From NCBI GenBank assembly GCA_012270675.1, contig JAAXHW010000004.1, positions 2,603 through 66,602 of the forward strand: 64,000 nt of DNA, given 5' to 3'. Below the pieces are notes generated by a model. It saw nothing but the letters and a program-made list of their open reading frames with translations, searched no databases and was not told the DNA's origin. This stretch comes from Candidatus Latescibacterota bacterium. GTDB lineage: Bacteria; Latescibacterota; UBA2968; GCA-2709665. Of the stretch, positions 55,273 through 64,000 are shown one piece after another; positions within the stretch are counted from its first letter, which is position 1; every line of letters starts with the position of its first letter. Made by a program: the position numbers and the translations under genes.

Positions 55273-56166
55273 TTAAGACGCCTGTGCGCGTTCAATAGCG
55301 CCCCTGATCGCCCGCTTGGTCAACACGCCGGTCAGGTGCTTCCGCTGTTCCACGGTGCCGCGCATATCGCTAATAGGCCGGGCGGCCTCCCTCGCGATCT
55401 CCGCCGCCCTCTCAACCGCCTCATCGGAAATCCCGTTCCCGACCAGGGCCTCTGCGGCCTCCGACAGGAACAGGGGGATTGGCGCTACCGCGCCCACGAC
55501 AATCCGCGCAGACGCAACCCTGTTCTTGTCCTCATTCAGCACCACCGACGCGGCTGCGTTTACCACCGCAATATCCATCTCGTTCCTCGGAATGAACCGG
55601 AGGAAGAACGCCCCGGAATTGGGCTGCGGCGGTGGGATATGCAGCGAAACCAGAAACTCTCCGTGACCCAGGACCGTCTGTCCGGGGCCCGTGCAGAAAT
55701 CCTCAACCGCCACCTCCCGCCTGCCGTTGGGACCTGCAATCTGCGCCACTGCACCAAGGACCATAATCGACGGAACCGTATCCGCCGCCGGAGAGGCATT
55801 GCACAGGTTGCCGCCCACCGTTGCGCGGCTCTGGATCTGAATCGACCCGATCAGCGACGTTGCATCCACCAGCGCCGGATAGGCCGCCGCAATGGCCTCA
55901 TCCTCGTAAATCCGGCAGCAGGGCACCCCGGCGCCCAGTTGAAGCCCGTTCTCGGGATCGTAAGACAACGCGTTGGCCTCGGGGATCTTCTTAACGTCCA
56001 CAAGAATATTCACCCGGAGCCGCCCCTCCTGCATCTGTGCGATAATGTCGGACCCCCCGGCCAGCAAGCGGGCCTGATCGCCGTGTTCCGAGAGCAGCGA
56101 AACCGCCTCATCGACCGATTGGGGAGCCGCATAGTCAAATGCGTGCAAGGCAATTCCTCCTATCAT
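55273..56166 (-). CDS. FAD-binding medium subunit (CoxM/XdhB-like)
   Basis: 'FDYAAPQSVDEAVSLL', 'LLAGGSDI' and 'ATVGGNLCNASPAAD'. An alternative TTG start at 56148 has GGAGGA 6 nt upstream. Confidence 0.85.
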   Translation of the reverse strand: MIGGIALHAFDYAAPQSVDEAVSLLSEHGDQARLLAGGSDIIAQMQEGRLRVNILVDVKKIPEANALSYDPENGLQLGAGVPCCRIYEDEAIAAAYPALVDATSLIGSIQIQSRATVGGNLCNASPAADTVPSIMVLGAVAQIAGPNGRREVAVEDFCTGPGQTVLGHGEFLVSLHIPPPQPNSGAFFLRFIPRNEMDIAVVNAAASVVLNEDKNRVASARIVVGAVAPIPLFLSEAAEALVGNGISDEAVERAAEIAREAARPISDMRGTVEQRKHLTGVLTKRAIRGAIERAQAS

Positions 56167-56283
56167 TTTTGGGGGATGATATGGATCAAAAAAAGCCTAA
56201 CGAGCACAAGAATACGATTTCTCAACAACACTGTCAAGCGTTTTTCAAACGGCTGTCCCCTGTGTCTCCGGCGTACAGGATCG

Positions 56284-57321
56284 TCATCTTGCTCCCCTGG
56301 CGCAGAGGACTGTATATCCCCCCCGCTGCCCCACGTCTTTCACCTCTTCAAAGGCCCGCGCCATCCGGCGGCGGTAGAGATTCGGCCGCATCACCACCAC
56401 CATCAATCGTCCGCCGGGCCTGAGGTGCGCTGCGGCCCCCTCCACAAACGGATCGGCCGTTGCAATCCCTTCGTGCGTTGGCGGGTTGGACAGAATCAGA
56501 TCGAACGCCTCGCCTGAAACCGCCTCGAACGCATCGCTCACCTCGGCCCTGGCGTTTGTAACGCCATTGTGATCCAGATTTATCCGGGCGCACCGGACCG
56601 CCCGCAGGTCCGCATCCACCAGCACCCCCTCCCCCTGCCGGGCCAGCCGGGCTGCCGCAATCCCGATCGCCCCGTACCCGCACCCCAGGTCGAGCACCCG
56701 GTCTCCGGGCCGGACCGCCATCGTCTCGATCAAAAACCGGGTCCCGGGGTCCAGCCCGTCTCTGGAGAAGACCCCCGCCCGCACTTCAAACCGATACGGA
56801 CCGGCAGGCAGGTCCGGCACCTCAAAAGCATACAGGGTATTGACCGGTTCAACGCCCGGCGCTTCTCCCTTCTTGCAAGCCCGGTAGACCCGAACCCCTC
56901 GTTTTTTGGCAACCGCCTCCACATTCCCGAAAACCGCCTCAAGCCGTTTCCGGTAGCTCCCCACCCCCCGGTCTTTGCGCCCGGCCAGGCAGAACCTCCC
57001 CCCCATACGCAGCCGCGAAAAGGCCTCGTCGATCAGTTCAAACACCCGCTCCTTGGCCGCCCACCGCACGGGCTGGTAGAGCACAATGTCAAAGGAGCCG
57101 CCGGATACCTCCTCCAGCGACTCCATCAGAACCGTCCGAAAATTGACCAATCCATCAGATTGTATCTTATGCTTGCAAAAGCGAATATGCCGTATATCCG
57201 AACCCACAAAACAGACCTCTTCGGCCACCTCCGCCACCCCAAAACCAGCGGGCTTGCCCTCACACCCCAGGTCCAGCACCTCCTCACCGGGGCGAACTCC
57301 GGCATGCTTGATAAGCAGCAT
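56284..57321 (-). CDS. RsmC/RlmG-like class I SAM-dependent methyltransferase (tandem MT-fold)
   Basis: The second domain has 'VLDLGCGYGAIGI' and 'ILSNPPTHEG'. The first half is a degenerate MT-like domain. The size (345 aa) matches RsmC. Confidence 0.65.
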   Translation of the reverse strand: MLLIKHAGVRPGEEVLDLGCEGKPAGFGVAEVAEEVCFVGSDIRHIRFCKHKIQSDGLVNFRTVLMESLEEVSGGSFDIVLYQPVRWAAKERVFELIDEAFSRLRMGGRFCLAGRKDRGVGSYRKRLEAVFGNVEAVAKKRGVRVYRACKKGEAPGVEPVNTLYAFEVPDLPAGPYRFEVRAGVFSRDGLDPGTRFLIETMAVRPGDRVLDLGCGYGAIGIAAARLARQGEGVLVDADLRAVRCARINLDHNGVTNARAEVSDAFEAVSGEAFDLILSNPPTHEGIATADPFVEGAAAHLRPGGRLMVVVMRPNLYRRRMARAFEEVKDVGQRGGYTVLCARGAR

Positions 57322-57378
57322 CTTTCTACCCCAGACTACGCCCCCGCACCCCGTCCTTGTGTTGGGGGAATGACAACT

Positions 57379-58197
57379 TCACCCGCTCCGCTTGAGCCTC
57401 CCCGTTCGCTTCGCATAGACCTCGGCAAGGTGGAACACCCACAATCCCAGCGGAATCAGGAGAGCCCCGGTAAAAACCAGAATCACCAGGTCTCCCCCCA
57501 CCTCGGCCAGAGAGGCATTCTGAAGCAGCGCCTTTCGGATGGACCGCAGCGCATAAGTCCCCGGCGAATAGGTCGACAGCGGCCGCAGCCAGTCCGGCAG
57601 CACCGACACGTCATAATAGACCCCGGATATCAGCAGCACCAGTGTCCCGAAGATATCGCTTGCGCGGGCGCCCTTTTCCGGGGACAGAAGCGGGAACACC
57701 GCCGCCATCAGCCCCATCCCCAAAAAGGAGAGGCTGCCCGCGGCCAGCACCACGGCGGCCGTCTGCAGGTTGGCGTCCACCAGACTCAGCGAGAAAAAAA
57801 GTACCACGGCCAGCAGCACGATCCCCGCCCGGATAAACCCGTAGAGGACCGCATACAGACACTGCCCCACCAGGTGCGTCAACCGGTAGACCGGGGCCAT
57901 AAAAGTATACTCGATCGTCCCCTCCCAGCGCTCCCAGGCCACTGCGTCGGCCACCTCGTAAAAGAGCAGCCGGAGAAAATTCCACAGCACCGCACCCACA
58001 ATCAGAAAGAGCACACTCTGGCGCACCTTCACCGGATCGTCTCCCCCCATGTAGACCCCGATCAGCCCGATGGTGAGCACGTGCACCACGTTCCAGAGCA
58101 CAAAAATGACCTCCCAACTCGCGTAGCGGCGGGCCAGATTGAAATTTCGCTCCACAAACGCAACGGAGGCCTTCATTTCTCCTGTCACAGAATTCAT
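57379..58197 (-). CDS. ABC-2 type transporter permease
   Basis: Six hydrophobic helices. The ATG at 58197 overlaps the stop of the ATPase gene (ATGA). Confidence 0.75.
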   Translation of the reverse strand: MNSVTGEMKASVAFVERNFNLARRYASWEVIFVLWNVVHVLTIGLIGVYMGGDDPVKVRQSVLFLIVGAVLWNFLRLLFYEVADAVAWERWEGTIEYTFMAPVYRLTHLVGQCLYAVLYGFIRAGIVLLAVVLFFSLSLVDANLQTAAVVLAAGSLSFLGMGLMAAVFPLLSPEKGARASDIFGTLVLLISGVYYDVSVLPDWLRPLSTYSPGTYALRSIRKALLQNASLAEVGGDLVILVFTGALLIPLGLWVFHLAEVYAKRTGRLKRSG

Positions 58198-59057
58198 TCT
58201 CCGGCTCCCCCTTCGGCTTCGTCTTCCAGGTCGGCATGGGCCAGGTCCTTGCCGGTCATTTTGAAAAATACATCCTCCAGGCACCCACCCTCGCAGCCGG
58301 CGTGGGCCTTGAGCTCCTCCACTGTGCCCACCGCAATAAACCGCCCGTGGTGAATAATGGCCACCCGGTCACAGACCCGCTCGGCCTCGTCCATATCGTG
58401 GGTGGTCAGCAACACCGTGGCGTCGTTCTTTTGCCTGATGTGCAGGATATAGTCCTGCACCTGCCGCTTGGACACCGGATCCAGCCCCGTGGTCGGCTCG
58501 TCCATCAACAGCAGCACCGGCCGGGTAAACAGCGCCCGGGCCACGGCCACCTTCTGCTGCATCCCGCGCGAGAGGTCCTCCAGGGGCTGATCCATCCGGT
58601 CCGGCCCAAATCCCATCTCCCCCAGAATCTCCTCCACGCGCCGCCTGGCATCCCGCATCGGCACCCCGTAAAGCCGGGCCGCGTAGCTCATATTCTCCCA
58701 GGCGGAGAGCTTCTTGAAAAAGGCCGCATCCACCGACACCCGGTTGATGTGACGCCGCACGGGCATGGCATCCTTCAACACGTCCATTCCGAAAATCCTG
58801 GCCTCGCCCGCGTCGTGAAACACCAGAGTCGAAAGAATCCGAACCAGGGTCGATTTTCCCGACCCATTGGGCCCCAGAACGCTGAAAATCTCGCCCCTGG
58901 GCACCTCGAAGCTCACTTCATCCACAGCGTAGACGGGCCTGTACGTCGGGCGCAGCCTGCCCCAGAAACCGTTGCGCCCCTCCCGCTTCTTCCGCACCGA
59001 AAACACTTTGCTGACCCCCTGACAGAAAATGGCAGGGGCGCTCAAGTCGATATCCAA
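58194..59057 (-). CDS. ABC transporter ATP-binding protein
   Basis: Walker A 'GPNGSGKST', signature 'LSRGMQQKV' and Walker B 'LLLMDEPT'. TTG start with GGAGGA 10 nt upstream. Confidence 0.9.
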   Translation of the reverse strand: MDIDLSAPAIFCQGVSKVFSVRKKREGRNGFWGRLRPTYRPVYAVDEVSFEVPRGEIFSVLGPNGSGKSTLVRILSTLVFHDAGEARIFGMDVLKDAMPVRRHINRVSVDAAFFKKLSAWENMSYAARLYGVPMRDARRRVEEILGEMGFGPDRMDQPLEDLSRGMQQKVAVARALFTRPVLLLMDEPTTGLDPVSKRQVQDYILHIRQKNDATVLLTTHDMDEAERVCDRVAIIHHGRFIAVGTVEELKAHAGCEGGCLEDVFFKMTGKDLAHADLEDEAEGGAGE

Positions 59058-59136
59058 CGTGTCATTCCTCCAGTTCGTAAAAAAGGGGATGCGCCTTACC
59101 AGCGCAACCCCTTCCCACTCATCTCCATCGCGCGGC

Positions 59137-59583
59137 TCAGACTCCAGCCTTCTTTTTCAGTCCCTGGTAGGAATTCTCCCGGGTCACCTCGGTCGATACC
59201 GGCAGCCCCGAATCCCGCCAGCCGGGTACCTCAACCATCCCCGTGGCCGGGTTCACCCTGCCTCCAAACCCGCCCTGCACGTTCACAGGTCTTGCATACC
59301 CCGCCCCGTTCAGGATCTCTGCGGCCATCTGCGACCGGATACCTGACTGGCAACCGCAGTAAATCGGCTTCTCCGGGGGCAAAATCTTCTCTACGACCGC
59401 CAGAAAGTCAGGATTGGGCGCCATCCCTCCGCCTGGATTGGGAATGGCCACCGGTATATTGATGGCCCCCTCCGGGTGGCCCTGCGCAAATTCCATTTCG
59501 GTGCGCACGTCCAGGTAGACCACTTCCGGGTCGGCATCCAGCGCCGCCCTGGCATCGGGGGGGGTTACCTGATCGATCGCCAT
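59137..59583 (-). CDS. rhodanese-like sulfurtransferase domain protein
   Basis: 'VYLDVRTEMEFAQGHPEGAINIP' and active-site loop 'CQSGIRS'. ATG at 59583. Confidence 0.8.
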   Translation of the reverse strand: MAIDQVTPPDARAALDADPEVVYLDVRTEMEFAQGHPEGAINIPVAIPNPGGGMAPNPDFLAVVEKILPPEKPIYCGCQSGIRSQMAAEILNGAGYARPVNVQGGFGGRVNPATGMVEVPGWRDSGLPVSTEVTRENSYQGLKKKAGV

Positions 59584-59717
59584 AATCCCCTCTTTTGTTG
59601 ACGATTGTCCCACATTTGTCTACCCTGTGCAACCAATATTCTACTCTCAGGCTCAGATGTCAAGCCAAATCGAATATGCAGGCGATCCTGCCAGAAGGCC
59701 TGGCAGGGCCAGAAACG

Positions 59718-59755
59718 AAAAAAACCCTCTGCAAGCAGTTGTTCTTGCAGAGGGT
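59718..59755 (-). terminator. Rho-independent terminator downstream of tRNA-Pro(CGG)
   Basis: On the minus strand, an 11-bp perfect stem CCCTCTGCAAG/CTTGCAGAGGG with an 8-nt loop, followed by TTTTTTT. Confidence 0.7.
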
Positions 59756-59761
59756 TCTCAA

Positions 59762-59838
59762 TGGTCGGGGCGAGAGGATTTGAACCTCCGGCCTCCTGCT
59801 CCCGAAGCAGGCGCTCTACCGGACTGAGCCACGCCCCG
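59762..59838 (-). tRNA. tRNA-Pro(CGG)
   Basis: Hand-folded cloverleaf: acceptor CGGGGCG, anticodon stem CCTGC/GCAGG with loop TTCGGGA, T-loop GGTTCAAATCC, and an encoded CCA. Confidence 0.9.
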
Positions 59839-59888
59839 ACAATTCAGAAGCATACAAATATAGCAATTTCTTAAGCCGGAAGCAAACA

Positions 59889-60482
59889 TCAACGGTTCAG
59901 TACCAGCTTGACAACCACAGACCCCAGCACAAGCAAAACCACAAAAACCACGGACAGGATATTAAAATAGCGGTCGATAAAGGTCTTGATCGCAGGACCA
60001 AAAATGGAGATCATCCCCCCCACCAGAAAGAACCGTCCCGACCGGCCCAGCAGAGAAGCGGATACGAGCGTGATAAAGGGGATCTGAAAGACCCCCGCGG
60101 CAATTGTAAAAACCTTGTAAGGCACCGGCGTAAATCCTGCAATCGCAATGGCCCAAAAAGCGTTCTCCCGGTATTGCCCGCCCACATAGTCGAACTGATC
60201 AGTGACGCTGTAAAACTCGATAATCCGGTGCCCCACCAGTTCGTAGAACTCCAGCCCGATCACATAGCCAATAATCCCGCCGGCCACCGACCCCACCGAA
60301 CAGACCGCCGCGTAAAAGAGGGCGCGTTGGGGCAGTGAGATCGCCAGGGCGATCAACAACACATCCGGCGGAACCGGGAAAAATGACGACTCCGCAAGTG
60401 CAAGCAGAAAAAGCGCGGGCGTAGCGTAGCGGCTCTCGGTCCACCCCATCACCCAATCGTAGAGTCGTTTCAGCATTCCCAC
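59889..60482 (-). CDS. YqaA/DedA-type (VTT domain) membrane protein
   Basis: '[16 protein letters not shown]' and 'GYVIG' motifs. The start is either GTG 60482 or ATG 60476. Confidence 0.8.
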   Translation of the reverse strand: MGMLKRLYDWVMGWTESRYATPALFLLALAESSFFPVPPDVLLIALAISLPQRALFYAAVCSVGSVAGGIIGYVIGLEFYELVGHRIIEFYSVTDQFDYVGGQYRENAFWAIAIAGFTPVPYKVFTIAAGVFQIPFITLVSASLLGRSGRFFLVGGMISIFGPAIKTFIDRYFNILSVVFVVLLVLGSVVVKLVLNR

Positions 60483-60552
60483 CCCGATCCGGCCTCACAA
60501 CAAAACGGGCAGAAGGCCGATCTTTCAAATCCCCCTGCCCGTTTTGCTCTTA

Positions 60553-60629
<77 letters not shown>

Positions 60630-60748
60630 ACATCAAAATATCCGCCCCTGAACCTGTCGTTCCAGGTTTTGTTACCAGGACAACGATTGAATAAAAATAA
60701 GTCCAAACGCCCCAAAAGTCAATACCCACCCCCCCGGCCCCGGGCCCG

Positions 60749-62110
60749 TCAGTCCACAGAGTTGCCGTAGTACCGAGAGCTGAAGTACATGCCGGCCAGG
60801 ATCTTGATCAGGATATTCAAAACGGCCGCCACCGGGATTGCGATGACCATCCCCACAAATCCCCAGAAATGGGCCGAGACCACAAGCGCAAACATCACCC
60901 AGGCCGGATGCAGCCCAACCCGCTGCCCCACCACCCTGGGAGAGAGAAAATTGCTCTCGATACTCTGCACCACCACGAAAACACCGATCACCTTCAGCAG
61001 ATTCACAAAAGGGTCGGCGTCCAGAAGCGCAACCAGAGAGGCCACCCCCAGAGAAACGGCCAGACCAACGTAGGGCACCAGGTTGGAGAGCCCGGCCATG
61101 AGGCCCAGAAGAACCGCGTACCGGATGCCGAACAGGCCCAGCCCCAGAGAGGTCAAAACCGCAATAAACCCGCAAACCAGGATCTGCCCGCGTACATATT
61201 GCCCCAGCACAGCATCCACCTCCCTCAGAATCCCGACTATCCTGTCGACATGGTTCCGGGGCAGGATATCCTGCAGGGCCTGTTTGATGCGCTCATAATC
61301 TTTTAAAACGTAGAAAGTGACAAACGGGATCATCAGCAGATTTAAAAGGGCCGCAAGCCCCGATGTCAATCCTTTGAGTGCGTCCGTCATCTGGTCGGCA
61401 AAGATCTGCCCCACCTGGGGCAGCTGTTCAACAAACCACGCTTGAATCTCACCGGCAGGGATCATATACCCGTAGAATCGGAGATTGGCCAGCAGACGCT
61501 CGTAAGCCCTCTCGATATCAGCCGTGTACGTGGGCAACCGTTGGGCCAGTTCCCTGACTTCATCGATCACCCTGGGGACCACCACGACCCCGATCCCCGA
61601 CAGAACGCCCAGGACAAACAGAACGATGACGCCAATGGCCAGCGTTCGGGAGAGGCGACGTCCCATAACCCCCACCAGGGGGGCTAAGAGATAGGCCAGA
61701 ACAAAGGAAATCACAAATGGCCAGAGCAGACCGACGACTTCGGCTATAAACCATTCCGCAATCAGCAGGATGGAAATAACACCGATGCCCACTTCAAACC
61801 GGACGCCTTTTTGCGTGAGCAGGAGCAGGCCAAAAATCGAAGCGCCAACCAATAAGGGGGAGAGCTCGTCTCGCAGAACATAGAGAAAGACCCCCAAAAA
61901 GACAAGCACGACCGCCCGAAAAAAAAGACGGTCACCCGCCCCGACAGAACCCGCCGTATCACCGGGCCGGGCATCGGGTTTGTCGGCGCTGTAACGGTCC
62001 GCGGTCCCCTGTCCGGGCGCAGGCACAGGCATCGCCGAATCGACCTTATCTCGCGCCCCACGGCCCTCCAAAGCCCCCTCCGGACCGCCGGGATCACGAT
62101 GAGATTCCAT
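60749..62110 (-). CDS. AI-2E family (PerM/UPF0118) transporter
   Basis: Multi-TM protein with C-terminal 'ESNFLSPRVVGQRVGLHPAWVMFALVV...GMVIAIPVAAVL'. It has a long low-complexity N-terminal tail, so the start is uncertain. Confidence 0.8.
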   Translation of the reverse strand: MESHRDPGGPEGALEGRGARDKVDSAMPVPAPGQGTADRYSADKPDARPGDTAGSVGAGDRLFFRAVVLVFLGVFLYVLRDELSPLLVGASIFGLLLLTQKGVRFEVGIGVISILLIAEWFIAEVVGLLWPFVISFVLAYLLAPLVGVMGRRLSRTLAIGVIVLFVLGVLSGIGVVVVPRVIDEVRELAQRLPTYTADIERAYERLLANLRFYGYMIPAGEIQAWFVEQLPQVGQIFADQMTDALKGLTSGLAALLNLLMIPFVTFYVLKDYERIKQALQDILPRNHVDRIVGILREVDAVLGQYVRGQILVCGFIAVLTSLGLGLFGIRYAVLLGLMAGLSNLVPYVGLAVSLGVASLVALLDADPFVNLLKVIGVFVVVQSIESNFLSPRVVGQRVGLHPAWVMFALVVSAHFWGFVGMVIAIPVAAVLNILIKILAGMYFSSRYYGNSVD

Positions 62111-62117
62111 GCCGCAC

Positions 62118-63026
62118 CTATCTCCCCTTACGTGTACTCAAAAAGCTTTCCGTCTGTTGATCGACATCGAAAAACCGGAGAAAATGTCTGGGCCGGGTTG
62201 GGCTTTCATATTCCCCGATCAGTTCGGGAATGCCGTCTCCATCCACATCGGCGTATCCGATCTTCTGTCCGAAACCATCCGGAAAACGCCATTCCACCTG
62301 ACGGTAAGTGGCATCCACAACAAACCCGGTATTCAAAACGATCTCCAAAATGCCATCGTCGTCCAGGTCACCCACGATAATACTGCGTGCAGAAAGACCC
62401 GGTTCGCTCTCCCACTCCAGAAAAAGGTGCTTGCAATCGTAGACATACAGGCGGGAAATCTCGGCCTCCCGCTGCCGCTCCATCTCTTCCTGACTCTCCC
62501 CTCTCACGCCGGGCTGGTAGCCCGACACATCGGCCACGGCCTCGCCGCAAAACACCAGTTCAAGTTGCGGGTCTTCATCCACATTGGTGACAACCATCGC
62601 AGAGATCGTGGTGTACTGATCATCGGTACTCCTCCAGATCACCCTGTAGTCGTCGGCTTTGTAAAAGACGATATCCCCAAATTCCGAGTAGCCCACAATC
62701 TCAAGCTTTCCATCGGCGTCAATATCGGCCACAAAAACCCCTGCAACCGATGACTTAAGGGTCTCACTGACCCACTCCTCCTGGAACCGGCCTTCCTTAA
62801 ACCTCACCGCGTGAATCTGTCCCACGCGGTCTCCGTAAATAATCCGGCGGTCGGTCCCATCTTCCGAGGCAATCACCCGCACGGGGTGCATCTCATCGAC
62901 GAACCCGCCAAATGAGATGTCCGGACTCTCTTTCCACCGGTACCATTCCAGTTCCCCGGTTCGGGCCGGGGGGACACAAAAAACCGAAACCATCGCAAGA
63001 ACGAAGACCGCCACAGCGATTCGCAT
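62118..63026 (-). CDS. secreted FG-GAP/VCBS-like repeat protein
   Basis: Signal peptide 'MRIAVAVFVLAMVSVFC'. Repeats 'DIDADGKLEIV', 'DLDDDGILEIV' and 'DVDGDGIPELI'. ATG at 63026 with GGTGAGG upstream. Confidence 0.65.
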   Translation of the reverse strand: MRIAVAVFVLAMVSVFCVPPARTGELEWYRWKESPDISFGGFVDEMHPVRVIASEDGTDRRIIYGDRVGQIHAVRFKEGRFQEEWVSETLKSSVAGVFVADIDADGKLEIVGYSEFGDIVFYKADDYRVIWRSTDDQYTTISAMVVTNVDEDPQLELVFCGEAVADVSGYQPGVRGESQEEMERQREAEISRLYVYDCKHLFLEWESEPGLSARSIIVGDLDDDGILEIVLNTGFVVDATYRQVEWRFPDGFGQKIGYADVDGDGIPELIGEYESPTRPRHFLRFFDVDQQTESFLSTRKGR

Positions 63027-63053
63027 AGTGGACCTCACCGAAAAGATCTAAGA

Positions 63054-63962
63054 TCAGAAAATGCTGAACTTAAAATAGCGGGCAGGATCTCTCTTGACGT
63101 CTTCCAGCAGGCTGTTCACCGAAGCCAACGTGCTCTGAAGTTCTCTGTAGAGTTGCTCGTCGTTGACCAGGCGCCCCAGGGTGCCCTCCCCATCCCGGAC
63201 CTTCCGCGAGACCTCATTCAGGTTTTCCAGCACCTCCTGAAGAGACGTCGAGGCAGCTTCCATGTTTTCCGACACCGCGGCCAGCCGTTCTGTTGTGGTA
63301 CGCAGATCTTCCACGGCCTGCCGCACCTGCTCCCGGTTTTCGCCCAGCATACCCCGTGCCTCCCCGGAGGCCAGCGCCAGGCTGTCGATCGCTTTTGAAA
63401 ACGTGGCCCGGTTCTCCTCCAGGATCGTCTTTAACCTGAACGTCGTGCTGTCCATCTGCACCAGGGTATTCTGGATATGGGCGAGGTTGTCTTCGGTGAC
63501 GAGCTTATCCACTGCCCGGTTCAGGTCCTGGGCCATGTCAGTCGCCCTGGCCGTCAGTTCTTCAAGTCCCGGGCTCAAGACCCCGGTCAGGTGCTCGCCA
63601 TCGGCAAGCACCCGGCTGTCCGAGCCCGCCTGGACCTCGATCTCCTTCTCACCGAGCATGCCCGAACTCCTGATGATCAGCTTCGAATCCCGGGGCAGGC
63701 CGCGTATCTTTTCAAGTCCGAGCGTCACCACCGGGCGCCCCTCCCGGGTGTCGATGTCCAGCACTTTGCCGACCTTCACGCCCCGGAGGGTCACCCAGGC
63801 GTTTGGGGTAAGCCCCTGAACAGAGTCGAACGTGGCGGTTACCTTGTAGCCCCCCGCAGCTCCGGCGTAATTCTCTGACAGCCATACAGAGCCTACCACC
63901 ACAATCGCAAGGGCCACAAAGACGACCGCTCCGAGGACCACCTCACGCTCATGACTTGCCAT
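63054..63962 (-). CDS. MlaD/MCE-domain protein
   Basis: N-terminal TM 'VVLGAVVFVALAIVVVG', MCE domain 'YKVTATFDSVQGLTPNAWVTLRGVKVGKV', and a helical C-terminus. ATG 63962 is preferred over the track's TTG 63989. Confidence 0.8.
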   Translation of the reverse strand: MASHEREVVLGAVVFVALAIVVVGSVWLSENYAGAAGGYKVTATFDSVQGLTPNAWVTLRGVKVGKVLDIDTREGRPVVTLGLEKIRGLPRDSKLIIRSSGMLGEKEIEVQAGSDSRVLADGEHLTGVLSPGLEELTARATDMAQDLNRAVDKLVTEDNLAHIQNTLVQMDSTTFRLKTILEENRATFSKAIDSLALASGEARGMLGENREQVRQAVEDLRTTTERLAAVSENMEAASTSLQEVLENLNEVSRKVRDGEGTLGRLVNDEQLYRELQSTLASVNSLLEDVKRDPARYFKFSIF

Positions 63963-64000
63963 GTTCTGCCCCCAATTGTCCTGCAACAAAACCCTTGAAT

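Noticed and set aside
56569-58353. 594-aa plus-strand ORF, the longest unannotated ORF in the track.
   Set aside because: It is entirely antisense to the RsmC-like methyltransferase and the ABC-2 permease. Its translation is Pro/Arg/His/Gly/Gln-rich low-complexity sequence with no recognisable motif. This is a typical shadow ORF of GC-rich DNA.

Overview
This is a bacterial chromosomal window that looks GC-rich by eye. It holds about 60 protein genes and 3 tRNAs. I found no rRNA, no CRISPR array and no recognisable transposase or integrase, and the lineage cannot be assigned from the sequence alone. From about 9.5 kb to 40.5 kb every gene is on the minus strand, and most are core housekeeping genes: leuS, asnS, an M16 peptidase, pnp, rpsO, ribF, truB, rbfA, DUF503, infB, nusA, rimP, a MerR regulator, der, a DUF512 radical-SAM protein, tRNA-Gly, miaA and mutL. 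These are followed by a class III aminotransferase, a family-5 UDG, a glutaredoxin-like protein, pterin dehydratase, mobA, and an rtcB / COG0523 GTPase / archease operon. The right third carries class I aldolase, folE, a decayed BCCT-transporter / TonB-receptor locus, ychF and a molybdo-hydroxylase operon (FAD subunit, 2Fe-2S subunit, two tandem large-subunit paralogs, then a MoaD-like protein). It also carries an RsmC-like methyltransferase, an ABC-2 exporter, a rhodanese, two tRNA-Pro genes, an AI-2E permease, an FG-GAP protein and an MlaD-like gene. The least ordinary part is 3.8-9.4 kb. There an XRE-HTH protein is translationally coupled to an apparently soluble KAP-family P-loop NTPase fused to a cysteine-less FGE/SUMF1-fold domain, followed 7 nt later by a processive GT2 synthase. 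This operon diverges from an ExeA-like AAA ATPase plus an orphan small protein. It is my best candidate for an undescribed system, but that reading is inference only. Other notable items are a GcvT::SHMT fusion gene, a COG0523 metallochaperone inserted between rtcB and archease, and a 25-nt AT-rich motif present three times, including a perfect inverted pair about 37.8 kb apart. Many track ORFs are N-terminally over-extended or are antisense shadow ORFs. I refined starts by locating start codons and RBS-like purine runs in the sequence.
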